Origin: Thermodesulfobacteriota bacterium
Lineage (GTDB): Bacteria > Desulfobacterota > Desulfobacteria > Desulfobacterales > SURF-7
Direction: 5' to 3'
DNA: 64,000 bases
Assembly: GCA_049320885.1 (NCBI GenBank)
Contig: JBMORA010000001.1
Location: 242,622-306,621, forward strand
Program-made: the position numbers and the translations under genes
Notes under the pieces: generated by a model
Told to the model about the DNA's origin: nothing
What the model saw: only the letters and a program-made list of their open reading frames with translations
Databases searched by the model: none
In this document: piece by piece, positions 28,577-40,331 of the stretch
How positions within the stretch are numbered: the stretch's first letter is position 1
Layout of the letters: the number at the start of each line of letters is the position of its first letter

Positions 28577-29803
28577 ATGCGGGAGCGCTTTACCAACAAA
28601 CGGTTCGTTCTGGGAGTCTGCGGCGGCATCGCGGCTTATAAAAGCGTGGAATTGCTGCGCCTGCTGATCAAACAAGGCGCTTCGGTGCGCGTCATCATGA
28701 CCCGCAACGCAGCCGCCTTTGTCGGGCCGCTTACCTTTGAAACCCTTTCCAGCCAGCCGGTTTGCTGCGATCTGTTCCATGACCGGGAGGACGGCGCCAT
28801 TCGCCATATCCAGTGGGCCCGCGAGGCCCATGCCGTGATCATCGCTCCGGCCACGGCCGACATGATCGGAAAACTGGCCAACGGAATCGCCGACGACGCC
28901 CTCAGCACCTTCCTGCTGGCGGTGACCGCGCCCCGGTTGCTCTGCCCTTCCATGAACACCCATATGTATGAAAATATCGCCGTCCAGCGGAACATCGACC
29001 GCCTGGAGGCGGATGGGTACCGGATCATCGAGCCGGATGCGGGCGAGCTGGCCTGCGGCACCACCGGCCCCGGCCGCCTGGCGGATCCCGCCCATATCGT
29101 CGACCGGCTGTATCATCATCTGCGCCGGAAAGACTACAGCGGCAAACGGGTTCTGGTGACGGCGGGTCCCACCCGGGAAGCCATCGATCCGGTCCGCTAT
29201 ATCAGCAACCATTCCTCCGGCAAAATGGGCTATGCCCTCGCCCGGGCCGCGGAATACCGGGGAGCTGACGTGACGCTGGTCTCGGGTCCGACGAATCTGG
29301 CGCCGCCTTCCGGAGTCAAAACCGTTGCGGTGGTTTCGGCCGGGGACATGGCCGAAGCCGTTTTCCAGCATGCCGAGGATGCGGATCTGATTATCAAGGT
29401 GGCGGCAGTGGCGGATTACCGTCCTGTGGAGACCGCCCGTGGCAAGATTAAGAAAACCGCCGCTGAGTTCCATCTCGTCCTGACAAAAAACATCGATATC
29501 CTTGCGGAACTGGGACGGCGGAAAAAAGGGCGGATCCTGGTGGGATTCGCCGCCGAGACCGGAGACCTGGATGAATATGCCCTTCAAAAGCTGCAGGCCA
29601 AACAGCTGGACATGATCGTCGGCAACCTGATCGGTTCGCCGGGTTCCGGCTTCAACGCCGACACCAACCAGGTGACCCTCTATCATGCGGACGGATCCCG
29701 GGAGACGTTGCCGGTGATGTCGAAAGACGGGATCGCCGACCTCATCCTGGACAGTATCTCCGCCCGGCACCTGGGCGGACGGACGGATCATGAACAACCA
29801 TAG
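28577..29803 (+). CDS. coaBC: Phosphopantothenoylcysteine decarboxylase/ligase
   Basis: GGIAAYK, APATA, PSMN, LACG..GPGRL, TAGPTRE, SNHSSGKMG and GFAAET. Confidence 0.96.
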   Translation: MRERFTNKRFVLGVCGGIAAYKSVELLRLLIKQGASVRVIMTRNAAAFVGPLTFETLSSQPVCCDLFHDREDGAIRHIQWAREAHAVIIAPATADMIGKLANGIADDALSTFLLAVTAPRLLCPSMNTHMYENIAVQRNIDRLEADGYRIIEPDAGELACGTTGPGRLADPAHIVDRLYHHLRRKDYSGKRVLVTAGPTREAIDPVRYISNHSSGKMGYALARAAEYRGADVTLVSGPTNLAPPSGVKTVAVVSAGDMAEAVFQHAEDADLIIKVAAVADYRPVETARGKIKKTAAEFHLVLTKNIDILAELGRRKKGRILVGFAAETGDLDEYALQKLQAKQLDMIVGNLIGSPGSGFNADTNQVTLYHADGSRETLPVMSKDGIADLILDSISARHLGGRTDHEQP

Positions 29804-30497
29804 GGAGAAAGCCTCTCTGCTGCTCGACGAAGTCGAGGCATACCTGCGATACTTGGCCGATATGGGTTGCCGCGGGCTGGATTGCGGACCCGCCGGTCTA
29901 GAAAAACTCCAGCGCTGGGGAATCCCGCCGACGCTGCCGGCCATGGAAAGCCTCGATGATATCCGCAGGGAAATCGGCAATTGTCGCCGGTGCCGCTTGT
30001 GCAGCGGCCGCAGCCGGATCGTTTTCGGGGCCGGGGATCCCCGGGCAAGGCTGGTGTTCGTGGGTGAAGCCCCCGGATTCGAAGAGGACCAGTGCGGTGA
30101 GCCCTTTGTGGGAGCCGCCGGCGAGTTGCTGACCAAGATCATCAAGGCCATCCAATTGACCCGGGAAACGGTGTATATCTGCAATGTCGTCAAATGCCGC
30201 CCGCCGGAAAACCGGACACCATCCCCGGAGGAAATCCGGGCCTGCATGCCTTTCCTCAAACGGCAGCTGGCCGCCATCCGGCCGGAATTCATTTGCACCC
30301 TCGGTTCCGTCGCCACCCACGCCCTCCTGGACACCGCGCGGCCCATCTCCATGATCCGGGGGCAGTTTACCCCTTATGGGGGAGCACTGGTCATGCCCAC
30401 CTATCATCCGGCCTACCTGCTGCGGAATCCGGATAAAAAGCGGGATGTTTGGGAAGACATGAAGAATCTGGCCGGCACCATGGGAATACGGCTTTGA
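29790..30497 (+). CDS. Uracil-DNA glycosylase family 4
   Basis: CRRCRL, VGEAPG, VKCRPPENR and TYHPAYLLRN. Confidence 0.93.
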   Translation: MNNHREKASLLLDEVEAYLRYLADMGCRGLDCGPAGLEKLQRWGIPPTLPAMESLDDIRREIGNCRRCRLCSGRSRIVFGAGDPRARLVFVGEAPGFEEDQCGEPFVGAAGELLTKIIKAIQLTRETVYICNVVKCRPPENRTPSPEEIRACMPFLKRQLAAIRPEFICTLGSVATHALLDTARPISMIRGQFTPYGGALVMPTYHPAYLLRNPDKKRDVWEDMKNLAGTMGIRL

Positions 30498-30675
30498 ATT
30501 CATGAATTATATATTGACTTTTTCAGCCCTGACGGTTTACAAAAGCCAATTTTAAGCTATTGATACATGGTTGCAGCGGCGGCTTTTGGGCTTCCGCTGA
30601 ACCTTTTTTCATCACCTTCTGGATTGCAAGCAGTTTCAGCTGGTGTTCCGACATCTCACGAAAGGAGACGCAGGC

Positions 30676-30999
30676 ATGGCGGAGGACAAGAAGGCCAAGG
30701 AAAAACCCATCGAGAAGATGACCGCAAAGGAATTACGGGAGGCGGCCCTGGGTCTGCCCGGGATCGCGGGCGTCCATGGAATGAATAAGGACGAACTGAT
30801 CAGCGCCATCAAGAAAGCCAAAGGAATCAAAGAGGAAGAAGGCGGCAAAAAGGACACGTCCATCCGGGATTTGAAGCAGAAAATCAAAGTCCTGAAAGCC
30901 AAACGGGTCGAGGCGCTGGAGGCCAAGGAATCCAAGCAGGCCGTCAACCTGAGACGGCGCATCAGCCGACTGAAAAAAAGAGCCCGGCGGGCGGCCTAG
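30676..30999 (+). CDS. Rho N-terminal domain-containing small basic protein
   Basis: EKMTAKELRE...GVHGMNKDELISAI plus Lys/Arg-rich coil; AAGGAG RBS. Confidence 0.75.
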   Translation: MAEDKKAKEKPIEKMTAKELREAALGLPGIAGVHGMNKDELISAIKKAKGIKEEEGGKKDTSIRDLKQKIKVLKAKRVEALEAKESKQAVNLRRRISRLKKRARRAA

Positions 31000-31019
31000 C
31001 GCATGACGCGATACCGTCA

Positions 31020-31655
31020 ATGACCGCGGCCTTTCTGCCGGGAACCGAAACCATGGGGAAAACCTCGCCGAATCCATCCGTCCGGATTCGACCGGGACAC
31101 ATCGCTTTTGATATCGACGGGGTCATCGCCGACACCATGTCGCTGTTCATCGAAATCGCCCGTTCGGATTATCGGATCGACTGGATCCGGTACGAGGAAA
31201 TCACGAGCTATTCCCTGGAGGAGGTCGAAGGCATCGATGCATCCGTGGCAGGGGCCATCATTCAGAAGCTGTTGGATGGGAATTATGACGCGCCGCTTCT
31301 GCCGATCCAGGACGCTCCGGAAGTACTGTCGCGGATAGGCCGCGTACGGACGCCGCTTCTGTTCGTGACGGCCCGTCCGTACCCGGGTCCCATGGCGGCC
31401 TGGCTGGCCGAAACCGCCTCCCTGGAACCCGCGGCGGTGGAAATCGTCGCCACCGGATCATTCGAGGCAAAAACCACCGTGTTGCTCGAACGCGGTATTA
31501 CCCATTTCGTGGAAGACAGGCTGGAGACCTGTTACGGCCTTCAGGCAGCCGGGATCACGCCGATTCTGTTCAAACAGCCCTGGAACCGCCGACAACATGA
31601 TTTCATCGAGGTCGGCTCATGGCGGCAACTGGAAAACATGATTGACTTTGAATGA
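31020..31655 (+). CDS. HAD-superfamily hydrolase (5'-nucleotidase-like)
   Basis: FDIDGVIAD, VTAR, FVEDR and QPWN; start may be 31053. Confidence 0.8.
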   Translation: MTAAFLPGTETMGKTSPNPSVRIRPGHIAFDIDGVIADTMSLFIEIARSDYRIDWIRYEEITSYSLEEVEGIDASVAGAIIQKLLDGNYDAPLLPIQDAPEVLSRIGRVRTPLLFVTARPYPGPMAAWLAETASLEPAAVEIVATGSFEAKTTVLLERGITHFVEDRLETCYGLQAAGITPILFKQPWNRRQHDFIEVGSWRQLENMIDFE

Positions 31656-32584
31656 GCGCGGAAACCGTCACAGAATGGATCGGGCTGTTTGTCGAGTCGT
31701 TGATGTCCGAAAAAGGCTATTCGGCCAATACCGTCCGGGCCTACCAAAAGGACTTGACGGAATTCCTGAAGTTTACGGCCGGAGAAGGCGGGAAGGAAGA
31801 CAGCCGGAAAATGGATCGGGTGACCCTGGATGGAATCGATGGCCTCCGGATCCGGGCCTATCTCGGTTTTCTGTACAAAAAGGGCAACCGGAAATCCTCC
31901 ATTGCCCGAAAGCTGGCGGCCTTGCGCTCCTTTTTCCGTTTTCTGGTCAAGCTGAAAGTGCTGGACGGGAATCCGGCGGAAGCGGTCATGACTCCCAAAC
32001 AGGAGAAACCGATCCCATCCTTTCTCTCCGTGGACGACATGTTCCGGCTGCTGGATGCCATGGAGACGGAAACCATGGCCGGCAAACGGAATCGCGCCAT
32101 TTTTGAAACCCTGTATTCCAGTGGATTGCGGGTATCGGAACTCACCGGCCTGAATATGGGCGACATCGATTTGTATCGGCTTTCCCTGCGGGTCGTGGGG
32201 AAAGGAAACAAGCAGCGGATCATTCCCATGGGCCGGAAGGCGGCGGATGCCATTCAGGACTATCTCCGCCGGCTTCAGGCGGAAACCGGATACATTCCGG
32301 GCTCCGAGGACCCGGTTTTTGTCAATCTCCGGAAAGGCCGACTCTCCACGCGATCGGTTCAGCGGATCCTGGAGAAAATGGTGGCCGCTTGCGGGCTGGC
32401 CGTCCCCATTTCACCGCATGGCCTGCGGCATACCTTCGCCACCCATATGCTGGACGCCGGAGCGGACCTGCGGGTGGTGCAGGAACTGCTGGGCCATCAA
32501 TGTCTTTCCACCACCCAGAAATACACCCATGTCTCCATCGCGAAATTGATGGAAACCTATGACCGGGCCCATCCACGGAAATGA
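31652..32584 (+). CDS. xerC: Tyrosine recombinase XerC
   Basis: SGLRVSE, GKGNKQR, HGLRHTFATH and LGH..LSTTQKYTH; conserved xerC-hslVU context. Confidence 0.9.
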   Translation: MSAETVTEWIGLFVESLMSEKGYSANTVRAYQKDLTEFLKFTAGEGGKEDSRKMDRVTLDGIDGLRIRAYLGFLYKKGNRKSSIARKLAALRSFFRFLVKLKVLDGNPAEAVMTPKQEKPIPSFLSVDDMFRLLDAMETETMAGKRNRAIFETLYSSGLRVSELTGLNMGDIDLYRLSLRVVGKGNKQRIIPMGRKAADAIQDYLRRLQAETGYIPGSEDPVFVNLRKGRLSTRSVQRILEKMVAACGLAVPISPHGLRHTFATHMLDAGADLRVVQELLGHQCLSTTQKYTHVSIAKLMETYDRAHPRK

Positions 32585-32605
32585 CATGGAACAGCGGAGA
32601 CGGAT

Positions 32606-33139
32606 ATGACGGATTATCATGGTACAACGGTCCTGGCCGTCCGCCGGCAGGGAAAAACGGTGGTCGCCGGGGACGGCCAGGTAACCCTGGACAAAACCAT
32701 CATCAAGCAGAAAGCCAAAAAAGTCAGGCGGATATTCAATGACAAGATCATCGTCGGTTTCGCCGGCGCAACCGCCGATGCCCTGAATCTGTTCGAACGC
32801 CTGGAAAAAAAGCTGGAGCGTTTCAACGGGAACCTGACCCGTTCCGCCGTGGAACTGGCCGGCGATTGGCGCACAGACAAATATCTCCGCCGCCTGGAGG
32901 CGATCCTGATCGCCGCCGACGCTTCCCAGATGTTTCTGATTTCCGGCAACGGGGATGTCATTGAACCGGACGAGGGCTATATCGCCATCGGCTCCGGCAG
33001 TGTCGCGGCCCAGGCGGCCGCCGCGGCCCTTTTGCAACACACGGAACTGTCCGCCCGGGAGATTGTGGAGACCGCCATGAAAATAGCGGCCTCCTTGTGC
33101 ATTTACACCAATGACGTCATCACCATCGAAACGATCTGA
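32606..33139 (+). CDS. hslV: ATP-dependent protease peptidase subunit HslV
   Basis: [22 protein letters not shown] and [12 protein letters not shown]. Confidence 0.97.
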   Translation: MTDYHGTTVLAVRRQGKTVVAGDGQVTLDKTIIKQKAKKVRRIFNDKIIVGFAGATADALNLFERLEKKLERFNGNLTRSAVELAGDWRTDKYLRRLEAILIAADASQMFLISGNGDVIEPDEGYIAIGSGSVAAQAAAAALLQHTELSAREIVETAMKIAASLCIYTNDVITIETI

Positions 33140-33189
33140 CAAGCGGGTCAGGATCGGCGGATGATCCGGCAAGCCGCGAGGAATTCAAG

Positions 33190-34566
33190 ATGAGCGACCT
33201 AAAACCTGCTGAAATTGTAAAAGAACTCGATAAATATATCATCGGCCAAAACCGGGGAAAGCGTTCCGTGGCCATCGCCCTGCGGAATCGGTGGCGAAGA
33301 CGGCAGGTCGGCGAGGAGCTGAGGGACGAAATCGCCCCGAAAAACATCATTCTCATCGGCCCCACCGGAGTGGGCAAGACCGAGATCGCCCGCCGGCTGG
33401 CGAAATTGACGGATTCCCCCTTCTACAAGGTGGAGGCCTCCAAATTCACGGAAGTGGGCTATGTCGGCCGGGACGTGGAATCCATGGTTCGCGACCTGGT
33501 GGAACTGACGGTCAATCAGTTGAGGGTCCAGGCCCAGGAGGCGGTCAAGGACAAGGCCCGCCAGATCGCCGAGGAGCGCATGCTGGATCTCCTGCTGCCC
33601 AAAACCCAGGATCCGAAATCCACCAAGCTGGAAGACGGCAGGGAGGCGCCCCTGGGGCTGGTGACCGACAGCGGCGGCGAAACCCGTTCGACCCGTGAGA
33701 AACTGCGCCAGATGCTGCGGGCCGGGAAGCTCGACAGCCGCTTCGTGGATCTGGATGTGGCCGACCGGAGCATGCCGGTGGTGGAAATTTTCTCCAATGC
33801 CGGCATGGAGGAGTTGGGCGTCAACCTGAAGGACATGTTCGGCAGCATCCTGCCCCGCAACACCAAACGCAGGAAATACAAGGTTCCGGAGGCCATGGAA
33901 AACCTGATCCAGGAGGAAGCCAAGGGCCTCGTCGACATGGAACAGGTGGTCCGGACAGCCATCGAAAAAGTGGAACAGTCCGGAATCATCTTTCTGGATG
34001 AGATCGATAAAATCGTGGCCAAGAACGGCGGCGGTCATGGGCCGGACGTTTCCCGGGAGGGAGTCCAGCGCGACCTGCTGCCGATTGTCGAAGGCAGCGT
34101 GGTGACCACCAAATACGGTCCGGTGAAGACCGATCACATTCTGTTTATCGCCTCCGGCGCGTTTCACGCCTGCCGGCCCTCGGATCTGATTCCGGAACTC
34201 CAGGGACGGTTCCCCATCCGGGTGGAGCTGGAGCCCCTGGGCGCGGCCGAATTCGTGCGGATCCTGACGGAGCCGCGCAACGCCCTGCTGCTGCAGTACC
34301 TGGCACTGCTGCGCACCGAAGGAGTGGAAGTGGTGTTCGAGGATGAAGCCGTCGCCGCCATTGCCCGCGTCGCCGAGGAAGTCAACAGCCGCACGGAAAA
34401 CATCGGGGCCAGGCGCCTGCACACCCTCATGGAAAGGCTTCTGGAGGACGTCCTGTTCGAGGCGCCGGATCTGGCCGAAAAACGGATCGTCATCGACGCG
34501 GCCTACGTGGACAATAAATTGCGCGACCTCAAATCCAACGACGATCTGAGCCGGTTTATTTTATAG
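33190..34566 (+). CDS. hslU: ATP-dependent protease ATPase subunit HslU
   Basis: [24 protein letters not shown] and DLSRFIL. Confidence 0.97.
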   Translation: MSDLKPAEIVKELDKYIIGQNRGKRSVAIALRNRWRRRQVGEELRDEIAPKNIILIGPTGVGKTEIARRLAKLTDSPFYKVEASKFTEVGYVGRDVESMVRDLVELTVNQLRVQAQEAVKDKARQIAEERMLDLLLPKTQDPKSTKLEDGREAPLGLVTDSGGETRSTREKLRQMLRAGKLDSRFVDLDVADRSMPVVEIFSNAGMEELGVNLKDMFGSILPRNTKRRKYKVPEAMENLIQEEAKGLVDMEQVVRTAIEKVEQSGIIFLDEIDKIVAKNGGGHGPDVSREGVQRDLLPIVEGSVVTTKYGPVKTDHILFIASGAFHACRPSDLIPELQGRFPIRVELEPLGAAEFVRILTEPRNALLLQYLALLRTEGVEVVFEDEAVAAIARVAEEVNSRTENIGARRLHTLMERLLEDVLFEAPDLAEKRIVIDAAYVDNKLRDLKSNDDLSRFIL

Positions 34567-34590
34567 CAACCCGAAAGAAGGGGAAAGCGG

Positions 34591-35484
34591 ATGACGCGGG
34601 AAAACAGCAAAGCGCCTGCCAGCGTGGCGGATATATTGGTGGAGTCGTTGCCGTATATACAACGGTTTTACGGCAAGACCATCGTGGTGAAATACGGTGG
34701 ACACGCCATGGTGGACGAACAGCTCAAACAGGATTTCACCCGGGACGTGACCCTGCTCAAATATATCGGTGTCAACCCCGTGGTGGTGCATGGCGGCGGT
34801 CCACAGATCAACAAGGTTCTCGACCAGATGGGGATCTGTTCCAAATTCGTCCGGGGCATGCGTCTCACCGATGAACCGACCATGGATGTGGTGGAGATGG
34901 TGCTGGGCGGCAAGGTGAACAAGGCCATTGTGGCCCAGATCAATCAGGCGGGCGGCAAAGCCGTGGGACTGAGCGGCAAGGACGGTTGCCTGATCCAGGC
35001 AAGGAAAATGCAGATCGTATATCAGGACGGCGACAAACCGCCGGAAATCATCGACCCGGGACTGGTGGGGGAAGTGACCCGGATCAACCCGGAAATCATT
35101 CATACCCTCACCGCCAGGGGGTTCATCCCCATCATCGCCCCGGTGGGAACCGGGGAAGACGGCGAGACATACAACATCAACGCCGATCTGGTGGCCACCC
35201 ATATCGCCGCAGCGATTTCGGCCGCCAGACTGATCTTTCTCACCGACGTCGACGGCGTCATGGATGCCGACAAAAACCTGATCACTTCCATCGCGGCGGA
35301 TCGGATACGGCGTCTGGTGGCCGACGGGACCATTTCCGGCGGCATGATCCCGAAGATCGAAACCGCCCTTGCGGCCATTGAGCAGGGTATTGAAAAAGTT
35401 CACATCATCAACGGCACGAGAAGGCATTCGCTGTTGCTGGAATTGTTCACGGACAAGGGTATCGGTACGGAGGTGACCGCATGA
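34591..35484 (+). CDS. argB: Acetylglutamate kinase
   Basis: [21 protein letters not shown] and GGMIPKI. Confidence 0.96.
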   Translation: MTRENSKAPASVADILVESLPYIQRFYGKTIVVKYGGHAMVDEQLKQDFTRDVTLLKYIGVNPVVVHGGGPQINKVLDQMGICSKFVRGMRLTDEPTMDVVEMVLGGKVNKAIVAQINQAGGKAVGLSGKDGCLIQARKMQIVYQDGDKPPEIIDPGLVGEVTRINPEIIHTLTARGFIPIIAPVGTGEDGETYNINADLVATHIAAAISAARLIFLTDVDGVMDADKNLITSIAADRIRRLVADGTISGGMIPKIETALAAIEQGIEKVHIINGTRRHSLLLELFTDKGIGTEVTA

Positions 35485-36656
35485 GCAGCGACATCATCAA
35501 AAAAGCGGACAAGGTCCTGGCAGGCACCTATGGACGGTTTCCGCTGGTGCTGAAAAAAGGCCAGGGTTGCCGGGTGGAAGATGTCGGCGGCAATAGCTAC
35601 CTCGATTTCGTGGCCGGTATCGCGGTCTGCAATCTGGGGCATTCCCATCCGGCCGTAATCCGCGCCCTGGGTGACCAGGCCCGGGAATTGTTTCACGTCT
35701 CCAATCTCTATTACACGCTGCCCCAGGTGGAACTGGCCGCGTTCCTTACGGCCAACAGTTTCGCCGACCGCGTTTTTTTCTGCAACAGCGGGGCCGAAGC
35801 CAACGAGGCGGCCATCAAACTGGCACGCAAATTTTTCAGCAGCAAAGGCGAAGAGCCTTTCCGGATCATCGCCATGGATAAATCCTTTCACGGGCGCACC
35901 ATGGCGACGTTGTCCGCCACCGGCCAGAAAAAAATCCAGGCCGGCTATGAACCCGTGCTGCCGGGATTCGATTTTGTGCCCTTCAACGATATCGAGGCCC
36001 TGCGCCAGGCCGTCACCCCCCTCACCTGTGCGGTGATGCTGGAGCCGGTGCAGGGCGAAGGGGGGGTTCGCTGTCCCTCCCCCGGCTATCTGAAAAAAGT
36101 GCGGGACCTCTGCGACGAAAAAGGGCTGCTGCTGATTTTCGACGAGATCCAGACCGGCATCGGCCGCACCGGGAAGCTCTTCGCCTACCAGCACGAGGGC
36201 GTCGAACCGGATATCATGACCCTGGCCAAGGCCCTCGGCAACGGCCTGCCCATCGGCGCCATGCTGGCCAGGGAAGCGGTGGCCGCCGCCTTTACACCGG
36301 GTTCCCATGCCTCCACCTTCGGCGGCACGCCCATCATCACGGCAGCGGCCCTCGCGACCCTCACCACCATCGTGGAGGAAGATCTCGCCGGACGCGCCGG
36401 GCAGATCGGCCGGTATTTTCAGGATCGGCTCGAATGGCTGAAAAGCCGGCACGATGTCGTGGAGGACGTGCGCGGCATCGGTCTGCTGCTGGGCATCAAA
36501 CTGAAGCACCCCGGCGCGGAGATCGTGAAAGCCTGCATGCAAAAAGGGTTTCTGATCAACTGCGTGCAGGATAGCATCCTGCGGTTCATCCCGCCCCTGA
36601 TCATATCCAGGGAGGATATAGATGCGCTGATTGCCTGTCTGGATGAAGTGCTCTGA
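35481..36656 (+). CDS. argD: Acetylornithine aminotransferase
   Basis: [26 protein letters not shown] and HASTFGG. Confidence 0.95.
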   Translation: MSSDIIKKADKVLAGTYGRFPLVLKKGQGCRVEDVGGNSYLDFVAGIAVCNLGHSHPAVIRALGDQARELFHVSNLYYTLPQVELAAFLTANSFADRVFFCNSGAEANEAAIKLARKFFSSKGEEPFRIIAMDKSFHGRTMATLSATGQKKIQAGYEPVLPGFDFVPFNDIEALRQAVTPLTCAVMLEPVQGEGGVRCPSPGYLKKVRDLCDEKGLLLIFDEIQTGIGRTGKLFAYQHEGVEPDIMTLAKALGNGLPIGAMLAREAVAAAFTPGSHASTFGGTPIITAAALATLTTIVEEDLAGRAGQIGRYFQDRLEWLKSRHDVVEDVRGIGLLLGIKLKHPGAEIVKACMQKGFLINCVQDSILRFIPPLIISREDIDALIACLDEVL

Positions 36657-36712
36657 TCGTGCTTTGATCCGGCATTTTTTGATTGTGCATTGACGCGGAA
36701 AGCGAGGCTGTT

Positions 36713-37648
36713 TTGAAAAAAGACATTCTAACCCTGTTTGACCTTGATAAATCGGATTTTGAGCTGCTGTTCCAGGAAGCCGCCGAACTGAAAGCCAGAC
36801 GGAAGCTCGGCATCGTCGAACATGCCCTGGCCGGGAAATCCCTGGGACTGATCTTTGAAAAACCATCCACGCGCACGCGGATTTCCTTCGAAGCGGCCAT
36901 GATTCAACTGGGGGGAACCCCGATTTTCATCAGCGCCAAGGACACCCAGATCGTCCGCAACGAACCGGTGCGGGACACGGCCCGGGTGTTGTCCCGGTTC
37001 ATCGACGCCATCGCCATCCGGACGTTTTCCCAGGACCTGCTGGAGGGCTTCGCCGAGTTTTCCACCATCCCGGTGATCAACGCCCTGACGGATATGTACC
37101 ATCCCTGCCAGATCCTGAGCGATCTCATGACCGTCATCGAATGCAAGGGCGGTTATCAAGGTCTCAAAATCGTCTGGGTGGGGGACGGCAACAATGTCGC
37201 CCATTCCTGGATCAACGCCGCGGCGGTTCTGGATCTCCATCTGGTCCTCGCCTGTCCGAAAGGATATGAGCCGGACAGGGCCGTCCTGGAAAATGCAAGG
37301 AGCGCCGGCACCGGGCGGATCACGGTGACCGACGATCCCATGGAAGCCGCAAAGGACGCGGATGTGATCTATACCGATGTCTGGGCCAGCATGGGGCAGG
37401 AGCGCGAACAGAACATCCGGAAAAATCTGTTCCGTCCGTATCAGGTGAACGCCGGGCTGGTGAGCCGGGCCAGAAAGGACGCCATCGTCATGCACTGCCT
37501 GCCGGCCCACCGCGGAGAGGAAATCAGCGAAGCCGTGCTGGAAGGACCCCAGTCGGTTGTCTGGGACCAGGCGGAAAACAAGCTGCATATGCACAAGGCG
37601 ATCCTGAAGGTCCTGTTGTCGCGAAACGCGGGCGGGTCGGGCAACTAG
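36713..37648 (+). CDS. argF: Ornithine carbamoyltransferase
   Basis: STRTR, HPCQ, DVWASMG and HCLP; TTG start inferred. Confidence 0.95.
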   Translation: MKKDILTLFDLDKSDFELLFQEAAELKARRKLGIVEHALAGKSLGLIFEKPSTRTRISFEAAMIQLGGTPIFISAKDTQIVRNEPVRDTARVLSRFIDAIAIRTFSQDLLEGFAEFSTIPVINALTDMYHPCQILSDLMTVIECKGGYQGLKIVWVGDGNNVAHSWINAAAVLDLHLVLACPKGYEPDRAVLENARSAGTGRITVTDDPMEAAKDADVIYTDVWASMGQEREQNIRKNLFRPYQVNAGLVSRARKDAIVMHCLPAHRGEEISEAVLEGPQSVVWDQAENKLHMHKAILKVLLSRNAGGSGN

Positions 37649-37711
37649 CCTGAAACCGGCCTGAAAACCCATAGACAACAATGAATACCCAATAGATAAG
37701 GAGAAACAACC

Positions 37712-38911
37712 GTGTCTGACGTAAAAAAAGTGGTATTGGCCTATTCCGGCGGTCTGGATACATCGGTGATCCTGAAATGGCTGGTGGAAACCTATCAATG
37801 CGAGGTCATATCCTTCTCGGCCGATATCGGTCAGGAAGAAGAACTGGAAACCATCGAGAAAAAAGCCCTGGCGACGGGAGCCGCCAAGGTCTACGTGGAC
37901 GACCTCCGGGAAGTCTTTGTGCGCGATTATGTGTTTCCGGCCTTCCGGGCCAACGCCGTTTATGAAAGTCAATACCTCCTCGGCACGTCCATAGCCAGAC
38001 CCCTGATCGCCAAACGCCAGATGGAAATCGCCGCGGCGGAAGGGGCGGACGCCGTCAGCCACGGCGCCACGGGCAAAGGCAACGATCAGGTCCGTTTCGA
38101 ATTGACCTACCTGGCCCATGATCCCCATATCCGCATCATCGCCCCCTGGCGGGAGTGGAATCTGAAATCCCGGACGGATTTGATGGCTTTCGCCGCCAGG
38201 CACGGCATCCCGGTGCCCACGACCCCCCAGAAGCCCTACAGCAGCGACCGCAACCTGCTGCACATCAGTTATGAAGGCGGTATTCTGGAGGAACCCTGGA
38301 ATGCGCCGCCCGACGATATGTATACCCTGTCCGTGTCCCCCCAGGCCGCGCCGGACAAGGCCGAAATCATCGAACTGACCTTCGACCGGGGCAATCCCAC
38401 GGCGGTGAACGGCAAAACCATGTCCCCGGCCGTGTTGTTGAAGGAGCTCAACGTGATCGGCGGCCGCAACGGCGTCGGGCGGGCCGACATCGTTGAAAAC
38501 CGTTTCGTCGGCATGAAATCCCGCGGTGTTTATGAAACCCCGGGCGGCACCATTCTGCGCACGGCCCATATCGCCATGGAATCCATCACCATGGATCGCG
38601 AGGTGATGCATCTGCGGGATTCGCTGATCCCCAAATACGCGGAACTCGTCTATTATGGTTTCTGGTTCTCGCCGGAAATGAGATTGCTCCAGGGGCTGAT
38701 GGACCAGGCCCAGGAAAACGTCTGCGGAACGGTTCGCCTGGAACTGTACAAAGGCAACGTGCGGGTGCTGGGACGCAAGTCGGATCGCTCCCTGTACAGC
38801 GCGGATCATGCGACTTTCGAAAAAGACAGCGTTTACCGGCAGAAGGACGCCGAAGGATTCATCCGGCTCAATGCCCTGCGGCTGAGAATCCAGAAACTGA
38901 TGAGCAAATGA
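37712..38911 (+). CDS. argG: Argininosuccinate synthase
   Basis: [21 protein letters not shown] and SRGVYETP. Confidence 0.97.
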   Translation: MSDVKKVVLAYSGGLDTSVILKWLVETYQCEVISFSADIGQEEELETIEKKALATGAAKVYVDDLREVFVRDYVFPAFRANAVYESQYLLGTSIARPLIAKRQMEIAAAEGADAVSHGATGKGNDQVRFELTYLAHDPHIRIIAPWREWNLKSRTDLMAFAARHGIPVPTTPQKPYSSDRNLLHISYEGGILEEPWNAPPDDMYTLSVSPQAAPDKAEIIELTFDRGNPTAVNGKTMSPAVLLKELNVIGGRNGVGRADIVENRFVGMKSRGVYETPGGTILRTAHIAMESITMDREVMHLRDSLIPKYAELVYYGFWFSPEMRLLQGLMDQAQENVCGTVRLELYKGNVRVLGRKSDRSLYSADHATFEKDSVYRQKDAEGFIRLNALRLRIQKLMSK

Positions 38912-38918
38912 GGAAGTC

Positions 38919-40331
38919 ATGACAGACAAACCATGGGACGGAAGATTCGCCGAAAAAACGGATACCAGCGTTGAGACCTTCACGTCGTCGATCCAGGTGG
39001 ATAAACGCCTGTACGCTCATGACATAGCGGGCAGCATCGCCCATTCACGCATGCTGGCCAAGGCGGGGATCATTACCGACGACGAAGCCGCCGCGCTGAT
39101 CCAGGGCCTCGGCGAAATCAAACGCGAAATCGAACGCGGCAAATTCATCTTCGACGACAAACTGGAAGACATCCACATGCATGTGGAAAACGCCCTGACC
39201 CTGAAGGTCGCCAAGATCGCCCCCAAACTCCATACGGCCAGAAGCCGCAATGACCAGGTGGCCCTGGACACCCGGCTGTATCTGCGGGACCAGGTCCAGC
39301 TGCTCATCGGCCACCTGAACGCCTTCCGGCGCGTGATCGTCGACCTTGCCAAGGCCCATCTGGATATCATCATGCCGGGATATACCCATTTGCAGCGGGC
39401 CCAGCCCGTGCTGCTGGCCCACCACCTCATGGCGTACGTCGACATGTTCGGCCGTGACACGGAACGGCTGGAGGATTGCCTGAAGCGCCTGGATGTCAAT
39501 CCCCTCGGCAGCGCCGCGCTGGCCGGCACCACCTACCCCATCGACCGGGAATACACCACCCGGGAACTGCAATTTTCCCGGATGTCCGGAAACAGCATCG
39601 ATGCGGTCTCCGACCGGGATTATATCATCGAATTTCTCGCGGCGGCCAGCATCTGCATGGTCCATCTGTCCCGCCTGTCGGAGGAAATGGTGTTATGGTC
39701 CTCATCCGAATTCCATTTCATCGAGCTGCCGGATGCGTTTGCCACCGGCAGCAGCATCATGCCCCAGAAAAAGAACCCGGACGTCCCGGAACTGGTGCGG
39801 GGCAAGACCGGACGGGTGTTCGGCAATCTCATGGCGCTGCTGACCATCATGAAAGCCCTGCCCCTGGCCTACAACCGGGACATGCAGGAAGACAAGGAAC
39901 CGCTGTTCGACACCGTCGACACCCTGAAGGCCTGCCTGGAAATGTATATCAGGATGCTGCCGAAAATCATCTTCCGCAAGGAACGCATGGCCGCAGCGGC
40001 CCGCAGCGGTTTTTTGAACGCCACCGATATGGCGGATTATCTGGTCACCAAGGGAATGCCCTTCCGGGAAGCCCACGGTTGCGCCGGCAAGGCGGTGGCC
40101 TACGCCCTGGGATGCGGCAAGGAACTCCATGAACTCACCCTGGAGGAAATGCGCGGTTTTTCCAACCTGATCACGGAAGAGCTGTTTTCCTTCCTGACCA
40201 TTGAAAAGATGGTCGACCGGCGGAGATCCCACGGCGGGACGGCCAGGGAAAACGTGGCCGCCGCCATCCGGGCGGCCGAGGATCAACTCCAGTCCGGACA
40301 GATTTCCGGCCGAAGCTCCGGTGACGCGTGA
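38919..40331 (+). CDS. argH: Argininosuccinate lyase
   Basis: HTARSRNDQ, GYTHLQRAQ and GSSIMPQKKNPD. Confidence 0.97.
   Translation: MTDKPWDGRFAEKTDTSVETFTSSIQVDKRLYAHDIAGSIAHSRMLAKAGIITDDEAAALIQGLGEIKREIERGKFIFDDKLEDIHMHVENALTLKVAKIAPKLHTARSRNDQVALDTRLYLRDQVQLLIGHLNAFRRVIVDLAKAHLDIIMPGYTHLQRAQPVLLAHHLMAYVDMFGRDTERLEDCLKRLDVNPLGSAALAGTTYPIDREYTTRELQFSRMSGNSIDAVSDRDYIIEFLAAASICMVHLSRLSEEMVLWSSSEFHFIELPDAFATGSSIMPQKKNPDVPELVRGKTGRVFGNLMALLTIMKALPLAYNRDMQEDKEPLFDTVDTLKACLEMYIRMLPKIIFRKERMAAAARSGFLNATDMADYLVTKGMPFREAHGCAGKAVAYALGCGKELHELTLEEMRGFSNLITEELFSFLTIEKMVDRRRSHGGTARENVAAAIRAAEDQLQSGQISGRSSGDA

Noticed and set aside
31652..32584. Tyrosine recombinase as a mobile-element integrase
   Set aside because: Size, motifs and xerC-hslV-hslU-argB context indicate housekeeping XerC.
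36728..38983. Long antisense ORFs (e.g. 751 aa here, 957 aa at 46366-49239, 602 aa at 28544-30352)
   Set aside because: Shadow ORFs of GC-rich genes on the opposite strand, with no motifs.
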